From positions 570,001-602,000 of the forward strand of contig NC_008312.1 in NCBI RefSeq assembly GCF_000014265.1: a DNA stretch of 32,000 nt, read 5' to 3'. The notes under the pieces are model-generated. The model saw nothing but the letters and a program-made list of their open reading frames with translations, did not search any database and was not told where the DNA came from. A program made the translations under genes and the position numbers. The number at the start of each line of letters is the position of its first letter. Position 1 is the first letter of the stretch. Source of the stretch: Trichodesmium erythraeum IMS101 (GTDB taxonomy: Bacteria > Cyanobacteriota > Cyanobacteriia > Cyanobacteriales > Microcoleaceae). Positions 1 through 8,537 of the stretch are shown one piece after another.

Positions 1-250
1 CTAGCTTTTCTGCAACTATAAATACTAAATCACAATAAAGATTACTAAAGTTGGGAAAGGTGTCACCAGAAACCCAAAAGTTTATATTGCCAACTTGTGG
101 TGACATTTGAGTAATGTGGCAATAAGTATGAAGAAACTTTTGATTCCAAACATAGGGATCTTGATTACCATTTGTGTTGTCGTGGTAAACTTTCGTAGTT
201 TCAAAATTTGAAACTACACGAGGAGGGTGATAAATAAGATAACCGCTCAA
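1..250 (-). CDS. N-terminal part of an unnamed protein; the ORF runs off the left edge of the window
   Basis: Not in the ORF track because there is no stop in the window. The minus-strand frame is open from 250 to 1. A TTG start (rc of 248..250) follows AGGAGG (rc of 260..265) with a 9-nt spacer. Translation is (M)SGYLIYHPPRVVSNFETTKVYHDNTNGNQDPYVWNQKFLHTYCHITQMSPQVGNINFWVSGDTFPNFSNLYCDLVFIVAEKL, which is not low-complexity. No family recognised. Confidence 0.4.
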   Translation of the reverse strand, partial: MSGYLIYHPPRVVSNFETTKVYHDNTNGNQDPYVWNQKFLHTYCHITQMSPQVGNINFWVSGDTFPNFSNLYCDLVFIVAEKL

Positions 251-602
251 AATTATATGCCTCCTAAAAATTTAATTTATACCATTTCTTGACTCGAATT
301 TGGTTGATTTGTTTCTATCCCAGATTCCGTACCTCAAAATGTAGTATTTAAGATCACCTATTTTAAGCCTTGTCTGATCATAATTCTGAAATTTATAATT
401 AAAAATAAATATTAGATAGACTATTACTATTAATTATTAATATTAATTATTAATAATAGAATCTGAAATCTACAAAGGCACTTGCCTTTATATGTCAATG
501 CTGTGAAATTTAATCAGTAAGCCCTAAATAATTTTAGCGATCGCAACAATCATTTCTCAGTTTCTCAGGACTAATGCAAAACCTCTATAGTAGTGGCTTT
601 AT

Positions 603-655
603 GGCATTTACTCCCTACAGATAGGGTATTATCTAGGAGACTTGCGTAAGTCCTG
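603..655. repeat. Short dispersed repeat, copy 1 (CATTTACTCC..TAC.AGATA.GG...GCGTAAGTCCTG)
   Basis: Two-block match to 11598..11641 in the same orientation: a 10-nt identical block CATTTACTCC and a 12-nt identical block GCGTAAGTCCTG, with similar sequence between. It lies just 3' of the EamA gene stop. Confidence 0.4.
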
Positions 656-658
656 TTT

Positions 659-1606
659 CTAAAATAAACGTTTATGCTCCTGACTCAAAAATAAAATACC
701 CATAGTAACAATAGCAATACCCATAATTTGCAAACCATTAATAGTTTCTTGAATAGTTAACCATGCTAAAATTGCTGTCAGACTAGGATTAGTTGCTCCA
801 ATAGTTGCTGCAGTACTAGCACCTATCAACTTAATTCCATAATTAAACATTAAATGACCGCTCAAAGTAACGATCGCTGATAAGAAACCACCAACCCACA
901 TAGGAGTCCAGTTAAGGTCTGCATTATCTCCTTGCCAGATTAACAAACTTATGGAAGATAACCCTAAAGTAGTAGCAAAACTAATCCAAGTAAAGGGAAC
1001 TAGGTGTATAGTTTCAAAACTTTTTTGTGCATTTACAGTATAGAGAGCATAAGCAACTGCAGAAGCCAAGGCAAAAATTACTCCAATTCCGTTGTAGTAA
1101 TCATCAGATGTTGTCTGAGTGTAAGGAATAGTCAGAAAAGTACCAACTAATACAATTACCATGATCATCCAGCGAAACTTTGTAGGAGGAATACCCAAAA
1201 ATATCCAAGAAAATAGTGAAGTGAATATTGGGTAAGCAAAAAACAGAGTTAAAGCAATTCCAGTTTCAATTAAACCGATAGATACATAAAGTAGTGCTAA
1301 ATAGAGAAACATCAAGACTCCACCAAGAAGCGATCGCCCCAACATAGGATATGCTTCATGATTTCCTAATTTTCTAATATCTTGCCAGGTAAGCGGGTAA
1401 AGTTTTGTCGCGAAGGATGCCATCAACGGAACTACTAACACCATCCGCATAAACATTAGTAGAAAAGAATTTTGTAGGTTAGGTATAACAAATCCACCGG
1501 TTTCAAATATCCCTAAAATTGTCTGTTCATTAAAGAGAATTCTGACAATGACATTTTGGAAACAGAAACAGAAGGATGCCAGTAAAACAATGATCAAACC
1601 AAACAT
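659..1606 (-). CDS. EamA/DMT-superfamily permease (10-TM drug/metabolite transporter-like)
   Basis: 315-aa ORF that is almost entirely hydrophobic, with about 10 predicted helices in two similar halves. This layout is typical of EamA-domain transporters. Confidence 0.75.
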   Translation of the reverse strand: MFGLIIVLLASFCFCFQNVIVRILFNEQTILGIFETGGFVIPNLQNSFLLMFMRMVLVVPLMASFATKLYPLTWQDIRKLGNHEAYPMLGRSLLGGVLMFLYLALLYVSIGLIETGIALTLFFAYPIFTSLFSWIFLGIPPTKFRWMIMVIVLVGTFLTIPYTQTTSDDYYNGIGVIFALASAVAYALYTVNAQKSFETIHLVPFTWISFATTLGLSSISLLIWQGDNADLNWTPMWVGGFLSAIVTLSGHLMFNYGIKLIGASTAATIGATNPSLTAILAWLTIQETINGLQIMGIAIVTMGILFLSQEHKRLF

Positions 1607-2104
1607 AGACTAGGTTCAAATAAATGGTAGTTTTTGGGCTTAAAAAAATTAATAGTTTATACAATAGACATCTCGAAAAACGCCGATTTAGGAAAGGCGG
1701 GGCAAGGGTTTAATAACCTTTTCTAGAGAAGTCTAATAACTATTATAAAATTTTCTTCAGCCTACCAAAATTAAGTCTTTTAGTACAAAAAAATGCTGTG
1801 GGAAAATTGTTAATAACTTACCTCTATTATTTCGGTAAAAACTTGCCGCAGATTCGGTTATTAATATGTATTATTACTCTTTCATTCTTCTACGACTGAT
1901 AGCTATTTAGAAGTAAACTTCTTTCACTTTCACTCCAGAGAAATGTAGATTTCAGAAATAACTGTAGTTAAAATAAATCTTGTAATTATATCTGTAAAAA
2001 CTAACTTACCTATATCCTATTATAGGAAAACTGATAAACTATATAACTGCTTTATAGCTAATCAATCAAAAAAATACTACAATAACAGATATTAGTAGAA
2101 ATAT

Positions 2105-2130
2105 AACATAAAAAAGCAGAACTGCTTATG
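2105..2130 (-). terminator. Candidate intrinsic terminator downstream of tRNA-Glu
   Basis: The minus strand reads AACATAAGCA-GTTC-TGCTTTTTTATGTT: a short stem (AAGCA/TGCTT, extendable with a bulge) followed by a U-run, about 20 nt after the tRNA 3' end. The stem is weak. Confidence 0.35.
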
Positions 2131-2148
2131 TTATTATTTATCTTTAAA

Positions 2149-2221
2149 TACCCCCAAGGGAATTCGAATCCCTGTCGCCTCCGTGAAAGGGAGGTGTCCT
2201 AGGCCTCTAGACGATGGGGGC
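2149..2221 (-). tRNA. trnE: tRNA-Glu (anticodon UUC), no encoded CCA
   Basis: The reverse complement is GCCCCCATCGTCTAGAGGCCTAGGACACCTCCCTTTCACGGAGGCGACAGGGATTCGAATTCCCTTGGGGGTA. It folds as a cloverleaf: acceptor GCCCCCA/TGGGGGT, anticodon stem CCTCC/GGAGG with loop CTTTCAC, T-arm AGGGA-TTCGAAT-TCCCT. It is very close to canonical bacterial tRNA-Glu. Confidence 0.93.
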
Positions 2222-2246
2222 TTACTTCTTTCTTTTCACCTTTATA

Positions 2247-2275
2247 AGAATAGCGAATCTCTAAATAAATGTCAA
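2247..2275 (-). promoter_or_regulatory. Sigma-70-type promoter for tRNA-Glu (TTGACA-17 nt-TATTCT)
   Basis: On the minus strand there is a perfect -35 TTGACA (rc of 2270..2275), an exact 17-nt spacer, and -10 TATTCT (rc of 2247..2252). It sits about 25 nt upstream of the mature tRNA 5' end. Confidence 0.55.
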
Positions 2276-2414
2276 GGGTTATGAAAAAAAAATTTCTCTG
2301 GCATTATTTAGCTACATTGAAACCATCAGGAACAAAGGTCTGGATTGGTTGCTTGACATACTCCTAACCTAGTTTAGGAGCACAAACTATTAACCTTCTT
2401 ACTATAAATTCCAA

Positions 2415-3554
2415 CTAGGATTGTCCCTTGGCCTCCAAGACCATCTGAGCCGATATACCATCTTTCTGGTCCCCAAAATACCATAAGACAGCAGCAGCCT
2501 CAGCCCGACTTACAGTTTTATCTGGCCTAAACAATTTAGTATAACCAAAAACCCGGCGAATATTAGAAAACTTATTCCCACCATCTGCTAATACTGCCTT
2601 CAAAGCAATAGGATTAATTTTAGAAGCGTCTTGAAAGTCCCAAACAGCCTTAATTTTCTCTATTGTAGCTTCTGGTAATGGCTTGCGAAAATCTAAGGGC
2701 ACTTTCCAAAGAATTAAATCCTCACGAGTTAAAAAATCATCTGGGCGAAACTTGAGCAAATTAACATCTCCAAATAAAGGACTAGGAATTAAACCGGCCT
2801 CTGCCAAACCTTGAATTACAGCAAAGTCAGGGTCAGTTTTTGGCACATCTTGAAAAATCTGTTTTTCATTTGCTCTAGCTAATCGGATATGTTTAGCAGA
2901 ATTATTAGTAAACATCTTATTATTTGCACTGACTAACCATCTAGCATATACACGCCGACTCACAAGATTTTGAGGTTTAACTAACATAGTTGTCCCATCG
3001 GGATTATATTGATTGTTAAGTTCTTCCTGTGGAAATAGCCCCAACTTGGACAAATCTGCAATGTATGGACGTAAACCTGTAGGCACATCCTTAAGAGCCA
3101 TTTTCAATGGACGAGAACTTGAAGGTATGGGAGTAAGTACTGGAGGGATAATATTAGGGGGAGATGATGTCGGTGTTGATAGTGCCGATGCCGTGGAAGT
3201 AGGTAAAGGTGTGGGCAATACTTGGGGTAATGGTTGAGTTTTTGCTTGGGGAGTTGGTAGTAAAGTTGAAATTCTGGCAGGTTCAGATTTATCCAGCAAC
3301 TCGGAGTTAGGAGTTGGGGAATTTTCTAGAGGAAAATTAGTCGGAAGTTGTACTGTTTTTTCTGTTTGTTGGTTGTTTGGGCTAGAGCTTTGAATTAATT
3401 GGTTAAAGGGAGGATTATTTTTTAACTGGGGATCTGCTGCAAAAATTTGCTCTAATTCTTTGCTGGCAGGATTATTGGCGCAAGCACTCACAGAAGCTAA
3501 TAAACAAATAGTTAGACTAGCAAATATCTCAGGTTTATTTAATAACATATTCAT
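2415..3554 (-). CDS. Lipoprotein with a Pro/Ser/Thr-rich linker and three C-terminal SLH (S-layer homology) motifs
   Basis: Signal peptide with lipobox (LLASVSAC). There is a roughly 120-aa P/S/T-rich low-complexity linker. SLH-like repeats are present (LKDVPTGLRPYIADLSKLGLF...SRRVYARWLV; FQDVPKTDPDFAVIQGLAEAGLI...FRPDDFLTREDLILW; FQDASKINPIALKAV...FRPDKTVSRAEAAAVLW). Confidence 0.8.
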   Translation of the reverse strand: MNMLLNKPEIFASLTICLLASVSACANNPASKELEQIFAADPQLKNNPPFNQLIQSSSPNNQQTEKTVQLPTNFPLENSPTPNSELLDKSEPARISTLLPTPQAKTQPLPQVLPTPLPTSTASALSTPTSSPPNIIPPVLTPIPSSSRPLKMALKDVPTGLRPYIADLSKLGLFPQEELNNQYNPDGTTMLVKPQNLVSRRVYARWLVSANNKMFTNNSAKHIRLARANEKQIFQDVPKTDPDFAVIQGLAEAGLIPSPLFGDVNLLKFRPDDFLTREDLILWKVPLDFRKPLPEATIEKIKAVWDFQDASKINPIALKAVLADGGNKFSNIRRVFGYTKLFRPDKTVSRAEAAAVLWYFGDQKDGISAQMVLEAKGQS

Positions 3555-3592
3555 ACAAAGAAATTTACTTAGTATTTTTAGCTAAATCATTG

Positions 3593-3634
3593 GTTCATCT
3601 CATACCATAATTTTCAATTTGGTGTGAGATGAAC
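3593..3634. repeat. 14-bp inverted repeat (GTTCATCTCATACC / GGTGTGAGATGAAC) with a 14-nt loop
   Basis: Arms at 3593..3606 and 3621..3634 have 13 of 14 complementary positions; the odd position is a G-U pair only on plus-strand RNA. It lies between the DUF4231-like gene stop (3749) and the SLH gene start (3554). No adjacent U-run. Confidence 0.4.
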
Positions 3635-3748
3635 TGATAAAGTAATCTTACAAATAATGAGACTAGATTTGCGAGGATCAGAAACTTAGTTTAGCTGTTC
3701 CAGAAATATTAAGCTTTACTTGGTGCAAATGGGCTAGTTTCTTTAACC

Positions 3749-4633
3749 TTATTTTATTAGCATCTCCTTTGACTGTTCTTCTCCTTCCTCTAATCCTTTT
3801 TCAGTTTTTTCTTGATCTTGTATTTTTTTGAGGTGGATATTACTCATCGTATTAATAAATTTAGCCATAGCATCTCTTGTCATTTTGTAACGTTCCTTTT
3901 CTTCGGCATTACGAGGAATTCTATAACCTGTAGTTACTGCTAAGAGAAATTTCTCTTTTTCTGCTTCTAAATTTTCTACAGCTTTTTTAGAAGACAACCA
4001 AGTTTCTTCAAGAGGAATCGAAGTTGAAAGACTAGCAATAATAGAAGCGAATGCTGGCAATATTACAGGTAACCATTTTAACCAAGCTGGACTTGTTTCT
4101 GACTTTTCAACCAGAACTAAAATCGGAGTCACTGCAGAAAAAATTATTGTTACTATCTGCAATACATAGTAAAGGGATTTTGCCTGTGAACTAATTTTTT
4201 TATTATTGTCTATTAGCCGTTGAGCGTACTTTAAAGCTGATTCTACTCCTTCCATTATCTGTTGATTTTTTGGAGAGTCTTCTAGTTGTGACACTTTGAT
4301 ATACATGTCTCTATCTTTAAGTAAATTATAGTTCTTAAGCTTTTTAAGATAGTTGATCTTTAATTCCCTAGAAGTCAGGAAGAAAAAAACAAACAAACTA
4401 ATAGAAACTACTAAAATAATCAACAACAATTTAATCTCATTTGGTAAGAGAAAAGTTGTAATACCTGAAGCAATAGCTATAACCAAAGATAGATAGGTCA
4501 GTATTCTAAACAATAGCAATATATTGGGGCTAGGCGCTTGAGATTTAGAGATATCTACTTGGATTTTTTCTGACTGAGAATTAATTATTTGAGAAGAAGT
4601 TGTCATACTTTCCTTTATTTCTGAATTGCTCAT
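3749..4633 (-). CDS. 4-TM membrane protein with a C-terminal DUF4231/SLATT-like 2-TM module
   Basis: 294-aa ORF. The N-terminal TM pair is LLLFRILTYLSLVIAIASGITTFLL / LLLIILVVSISLFVFFFL. The second half has the DUF4231 layout as I remember it: SQAKSLYYVLQIVTIIFSAVTPILVL ... WLPVILPAFASIIASLSTSIPLEETWLSSKKAVENLEAEKEKFL..TTGY. The C-terminus is a charged tail. Confidence 0.6.
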   Translation of the reverse strand: MSNSEIKESMTTSSQIINSQSEKIQVDISKSQAPSPNILLLFRILTYLSLVIAIASGITTFLLPNEIKLLLIILVVSISLFVFFFLTSRELKINYLKKLKNYNLLKDRDMYIKVSQLEDSPKNQQIMEGVESALKYAQRLIDNNKKISSQAKSLYYVLQIVTIIFSAVTPILVLVEKSETSPAWLKWLPVILPAFASIIASLSTSIPLEETWLSSKKAVENLEAEKEKFLLAVTTGYRIPRNAEEKERYKMTRDAMAKFINTMSNIHLKKIQDQEKTEKGLEEGEEQSKEMLIK

Positions 4634-5476
4634 AATTTTCTTCTTTATTTTGATTGAATAACCATTTTATAATATACTATTTTTAGTCAAATAGCCAAGA
4701 TTAAATTACCTTTAAAGTATCTTGGATAAATATGGTTTTCAATCTAAAAATATTTTGGAGATAATCTTAACTATTAGTAAGCTATTTTTAACATTAAATA
4801 ACTACCTTATTATTCCTTTTATGACTCCATAAATATATTTATTTAATATAAAAAAAAGTCATACTTTATAAAAATTGCAAATCATTTTTTATGACTAAAA
4901 TGATGCTTTGCCTGACAATATATTTCGCACAAGTAACAACTTGATAGTTTTTCACTTATCAACTCTACTTTTACTTTGGCACTATAGTTTTCAGACAATA
5001 TTTATAAATAGGGGAACAATAGTTAGCGAAAAACCAAAACACAAACCTTTTTTAAATTACTGACATGTAATTATATATCTGGAAAAAGATATCCTTTAAA
5101 ATTTAGTCAATTACTTGAGAATAGCTAAAAAGTGAAGTCATAATTTGTAAAGTTAGTAACTTGTTGAACAGGGAGAGACTCCCAACCAATAAAGGAATAA
5201 AACCCATCAAAACATATGGCTGGTCCTAAGTTAAGCAGCATCAAAAAATAGACATCGGTGTTGTTATAGTGCTATGTGCGGGCAAGCAACATGATCCAAA
5301 CTATCAACCATAAACGTCTTGGTCTTGGCATCAAACAATAAGACCATGCCAGTAACAGCTCTCACTTTGGATGGAGTCATGCTTGCATATTTAATTTAAG
5401 GTGCAAGCTTTGAGTAGAGACTTTGTTGCACAGCTAGAATAGTTAATAATATTAGGTAATGACAGGAAATATTCAC

Positions 5477-6270
5477 CTAGTCTAGTTGAATATTTGTTAC
5501 TCTTGCCATTCCCCAAAAAATTAAATCAGGTGCATCTATAACTATTGCAGCTAGTTGAGGAAACAGGGTTGTGAAATGAGTAAATAGTATGGAGTGATCC
5601 CCTCCAGTAAATACTATTTTACTTTCAGGAAATTCTTCCAACCAAGATACAACGTAATTTTTCATACCTGCCAATATAGTGTAAATGACTCCACTTTGAA
5701 TTGCTATTCCTGTTTCTTTTGCCCACCGAGTGGGTAACTCTACAGGTATATCAGTTAATGGTAACATAGCTGTTCCCTTTGCTAAGGATGATAACTGTAA
5801 TCTTAGCCCTGGTAAAATAGCTCCTCCCATTATTTTTTTTTTGCATTGGCACCAGTAAAGGTCATTGCCGTACCAGTATCTATAACTAGTATAGGCCAAC
5901 CAAAGTTTGTACCTGCACCTAACACTGCCAAAGCTCTATCTATTCCTAGAGTAGGATAAAGTCCTTGCAACGGTAACTTATTCAGGGTAATCATATCGGA
6001 ATCAGGATAAGTTTGCCAAAGTGCTGTTTGCTCAGGAACTACTGATGCTATTAATAAAGGTATCCTATGATTCAAGTTTATGTTCTTAGTTTCTAATATA
6101 TTTTTGAGGCTTTTTTCTATTCCCTTTTCCTCATTTATATGAGATTTAATTTCTATTTGTTGAAGATGATTAGCATCCCAAGTATTCTGAATTATTTTAT
6201 CAGTAAAATAACCAAAATGTAACCGGGAATTTCCAATCATTAGACCTAACCATTTTTTACTTTCAGGCAT
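5477..6270 (-). pseudogene. coaX: Type III pantothenate kinase (CoaX) interrupted by a frameshift in an A10 tract
   Basis: Two overlapping ORFs (5830..6270 and 5477..5899) together give a full CoaX: GNSRLHFG, LGIDRA, VIDTGTAMTF, then GGAILPGLRL...TA.LP, GIAIQSG, TGG. They are offset by one frame at the homopolymer 5833..5842 (T10 on plus, A10 on the coding strand). One extra A would give ...TGANAKKKIMGGAILPG..., matching the family. Confidence 0.8.
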
Positions 6271-7301
6271 CTAAAATTTGATTTTTTTTAGCAAAAGGTT
6301 AACAATTAAAACAATATTTTTTTTTACTAATAGTTTTTTTTCTACAATATGATGAATTTATAAATATTTTTTTCTAAATTATCTAGACAGTTTTTGATAA
6401 AACAACTTATTACTTGGGTCATCTTATTTTACTTTTTTTTGCTACATACAAAGATATAATAATCCTATCTAAAGAGTGAAATAAATGGGCTGCTTTAAGG
6501 CAGAAGACAGAAGACACTTGTACTGAAGTCACAGGAGTTAGAGTTATTTTTTAAGAAGTCCGGTGATTTTATATAATATTTAGGATTGGTATACATAAGT
6601 ATAAATCAAAGAAATTAGGCAGAACAAATGTCTGGATAGATAATGGTGCTGGTTACTTATATCAAATCTTAAAAAAAAAATAGGGGAATGGGATGGGTCA
6701 ACCCAATACCTGCAGTTTTTTTTCTCATATCTTGTTCCTGATTACTATAACTGATTTAATCTCCTTTCTATTATTCGTAAAATTAATTCTTTTTTTTATT
6801 TGGACTACATATTTACTATCTATTATTATTAGAGAACATAATATAATAAATATGAGAATTTTTGGGGATTTTAGAATTTTTATATTATCTGAATCTAAAG
6901 GCTTCAAGAATAGTTAAATAGATTCAAATATAGTAGGCCATAAAAAACATATATTTCTATCATTTTTACATTTGTTTTCAATATATACTGCTTTTCTCTT
7001 TTTACTTCTGACCTAGAGTCTTTATAACATAAAAATAATTAATATTAACTTAGCTAAGGCGAATCAGAAAGTTATTATGCTTGTTTGAATTACTTAATAA
7101 CTTAAATTTTACCTTAAGTATAGTATTAATGCATGAAAATTTATATAACTACTAAATACTAAATATTCATTATATTCATTTTTTTTTTAAGTGTTGAGGG
7201 TAACTATTCTTAAAGCCTCACAATTTTTACTGCATATACAATTAATTATATTTGAATCCTATTCAATTAAATGATTAAGCTAAAATCAGCTAAAAAACCT
7301 T

Positions 7302-8246
7302 TTATTTAAGTCCAACACCCAAACCAAAAGTATATATAGCAACTGCCTTATATTGCATATTAAAAACTACTTTAATTCCTGTTTTATTAGGATTCATCCA
7401 TTTATAAGCATCCTTAATTTTATCCTCTTCTTTCTTTTCATTTGGCACTACTGGTTCCTGAGCAAGTAAGTCTTGGCGATAGGCAGTCATATTGATTTGC
7501 ATTTTTCTTGCTTCTCTTGATTTTTCAAAAGCTTCTGGATCAAATTCTGTATCTAATTCTCCTTCCTTTGTCAGAATATTTTTAATTTCTTGATATGTCA
7601 TTCCTAGCTGCAATTTTTCATATTTTTCTCGTGTAATGGTATAAACTGGTAATGGTTTATTCCAGAAAGGATTACCAAGATTGTAGGTATTCATATTTTT
7701 CGTTCTAATAGTCATAACTTTCTGATTAGAATCAAAAATTATAGTCATATTTGTACCATCAGGATTAAGCCAAATATATTCAGTAGTATTACGATTATTT
7801 AAAGGATTATCTCTAGTTGGTTGTTTTTTACCTCCACTGCCAATAATTGTTTTTACTTCATCATAAGTCATACCAACTTTTATATTTTCCCTATTTAAAC
7901 TTGTAACTACTGGGGCTTCTCTATTTATTCCAAAGCTATTAGTATTCAAATTTTGAGCAGTGAATTTAATTAACTTATTCTCAGAATTAAATACGGCAAC
8001 TATTCCTGTACCATCATTATTTATCCAGCGATAAGCAGCCCCAAAGTTTTCAAGATTCGGGCTATTATATTCTGTATAAATTTTACCTTCTCTACCTAAT
8101 ATTCTCTTGACTTCATGATATGTCATACCAATTTTTAAATTGTCATAATTAGCCTTAGTAATTGAGTTGGCAAAAACTGATTTACATTTCATAGGTAAGG
8201 CATATATTAAACCAGTAATAACTGTTGTTAATAAAATCTTTTTCAT
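7302..8246 (-). CDS. Secreted protein with three tandem BamE/SmpA-OmlA-like (BLIP-like/DUF3862-like) repeats
   Basis: Signal peptide MKKILLTTVITGLIYALP... Three roughly 90-aa repeats share LK(I/V)GMTY.E(V/I)K.I(L/I)G..G ... Y.W(I/L/M)NP(D/N)GT...(V/I)F. The third repeat has a Lys/Glu-rich insert. The family name is from motif memory only. Confidence 0.6.
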   Translation of the reverse strand: MKKILLTTVITGLIYALPMKCKSVFANSITKANYDNLKIGMTYHEVKRILGREGKIYTEYNSPNLENFGAAYRWINNDGTGIVAVFNSENKLIKFTAQNLNTNSFGINREAPVVTSLNRENIKVGMTYDEVKTIIGSGGKKQPTRDNPLNNRNTTEYIWLNPDGTNMTIIFDSNQKVMTIRTKNMNTYNLGNPFWNKPLPVYTITREKYEKLQLGMTYQEIKNILTKEGELDTEFDPEAFEKSREARKMQINMTAYRQDLLAQEPVVPNEKKEEDKIKDAYKWMNPNKTGIKVVFNMQYKAVAIYTFGLGVGLK

Positions 8247-8537
8247 ATTTACTCTATCAATATTTGCTAGATTGACTGGTAGTTTATAAATAGTACTCTA
8301 CTAATAAAAATACTGATAAATTGTGGATAATTTTCTTGGAAATAAGTAAATTATATTATATACATTTAATCAAAACAATTATGTCTAAAATCTCATATAT
8401 TAATACTAATTTTTTTTGTAATCTTGGTCAAAATTTATATCACAAGAAAAACTTATACTTTCTGACTTGTAATTTGTTTAATTACCTCTTTTTGACATCC
8501 ACTATAAATTAGTATATTTGCGGAAATAGCATCGGAT

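Noticed and set aside
421-470. AT-only tract ATTAATTATTAAT repeated twice, which looked like a long palindrome or replication-origin-like element
   Set aside because: On checking, it is a 13-bp direct duplication in low-complexity AT sequence, not a true palindrome. There are no DnaA-box-like motifs nearby.
510-530. 13-nt match TCAGTAAGCCCTA shared with 27231..27246
   Set aside because: Several exact 13-mer matches are expected by chance within 32 kb of AT-rich sequence, and there is no extended similarity around it.
3013-3237. 74-aa plus-strand ORF inside the SLH lipoprotein gene
   Set aside because: It is antisense to the Pro/Ser/Thr-rich linker of a better-supported gene, and its Gly-rich translation is an artefact.
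5216-5240. GGTCCTAAGTTAAGCAGC resembling the conserved SRP (4.5S) RNA helix-8 motif GGUCCGGAAGGAAGCAGC
   Set aside because: The GNRA tetraloop and its closing stem are not preserved, and I could not pair the flanks into the required long hairpin.
6693-6917. Overlapping 74-aa (+) and 60-aa (-) ORFs in the AT-rich spacer
   Set aside because: The region is extremely AT-rich, the I/L/F/K/N-dominated translations are typical of random AT-rich DNA, the two ORFs overlap each other, and there is no RBS or recognisable motif.
8321-8512. 63-aa plus-strand ORF between the triple-repeat gene and pyrF/pyrE
   Set aside because: AT-rich low-complexity translation with no supporting signals.
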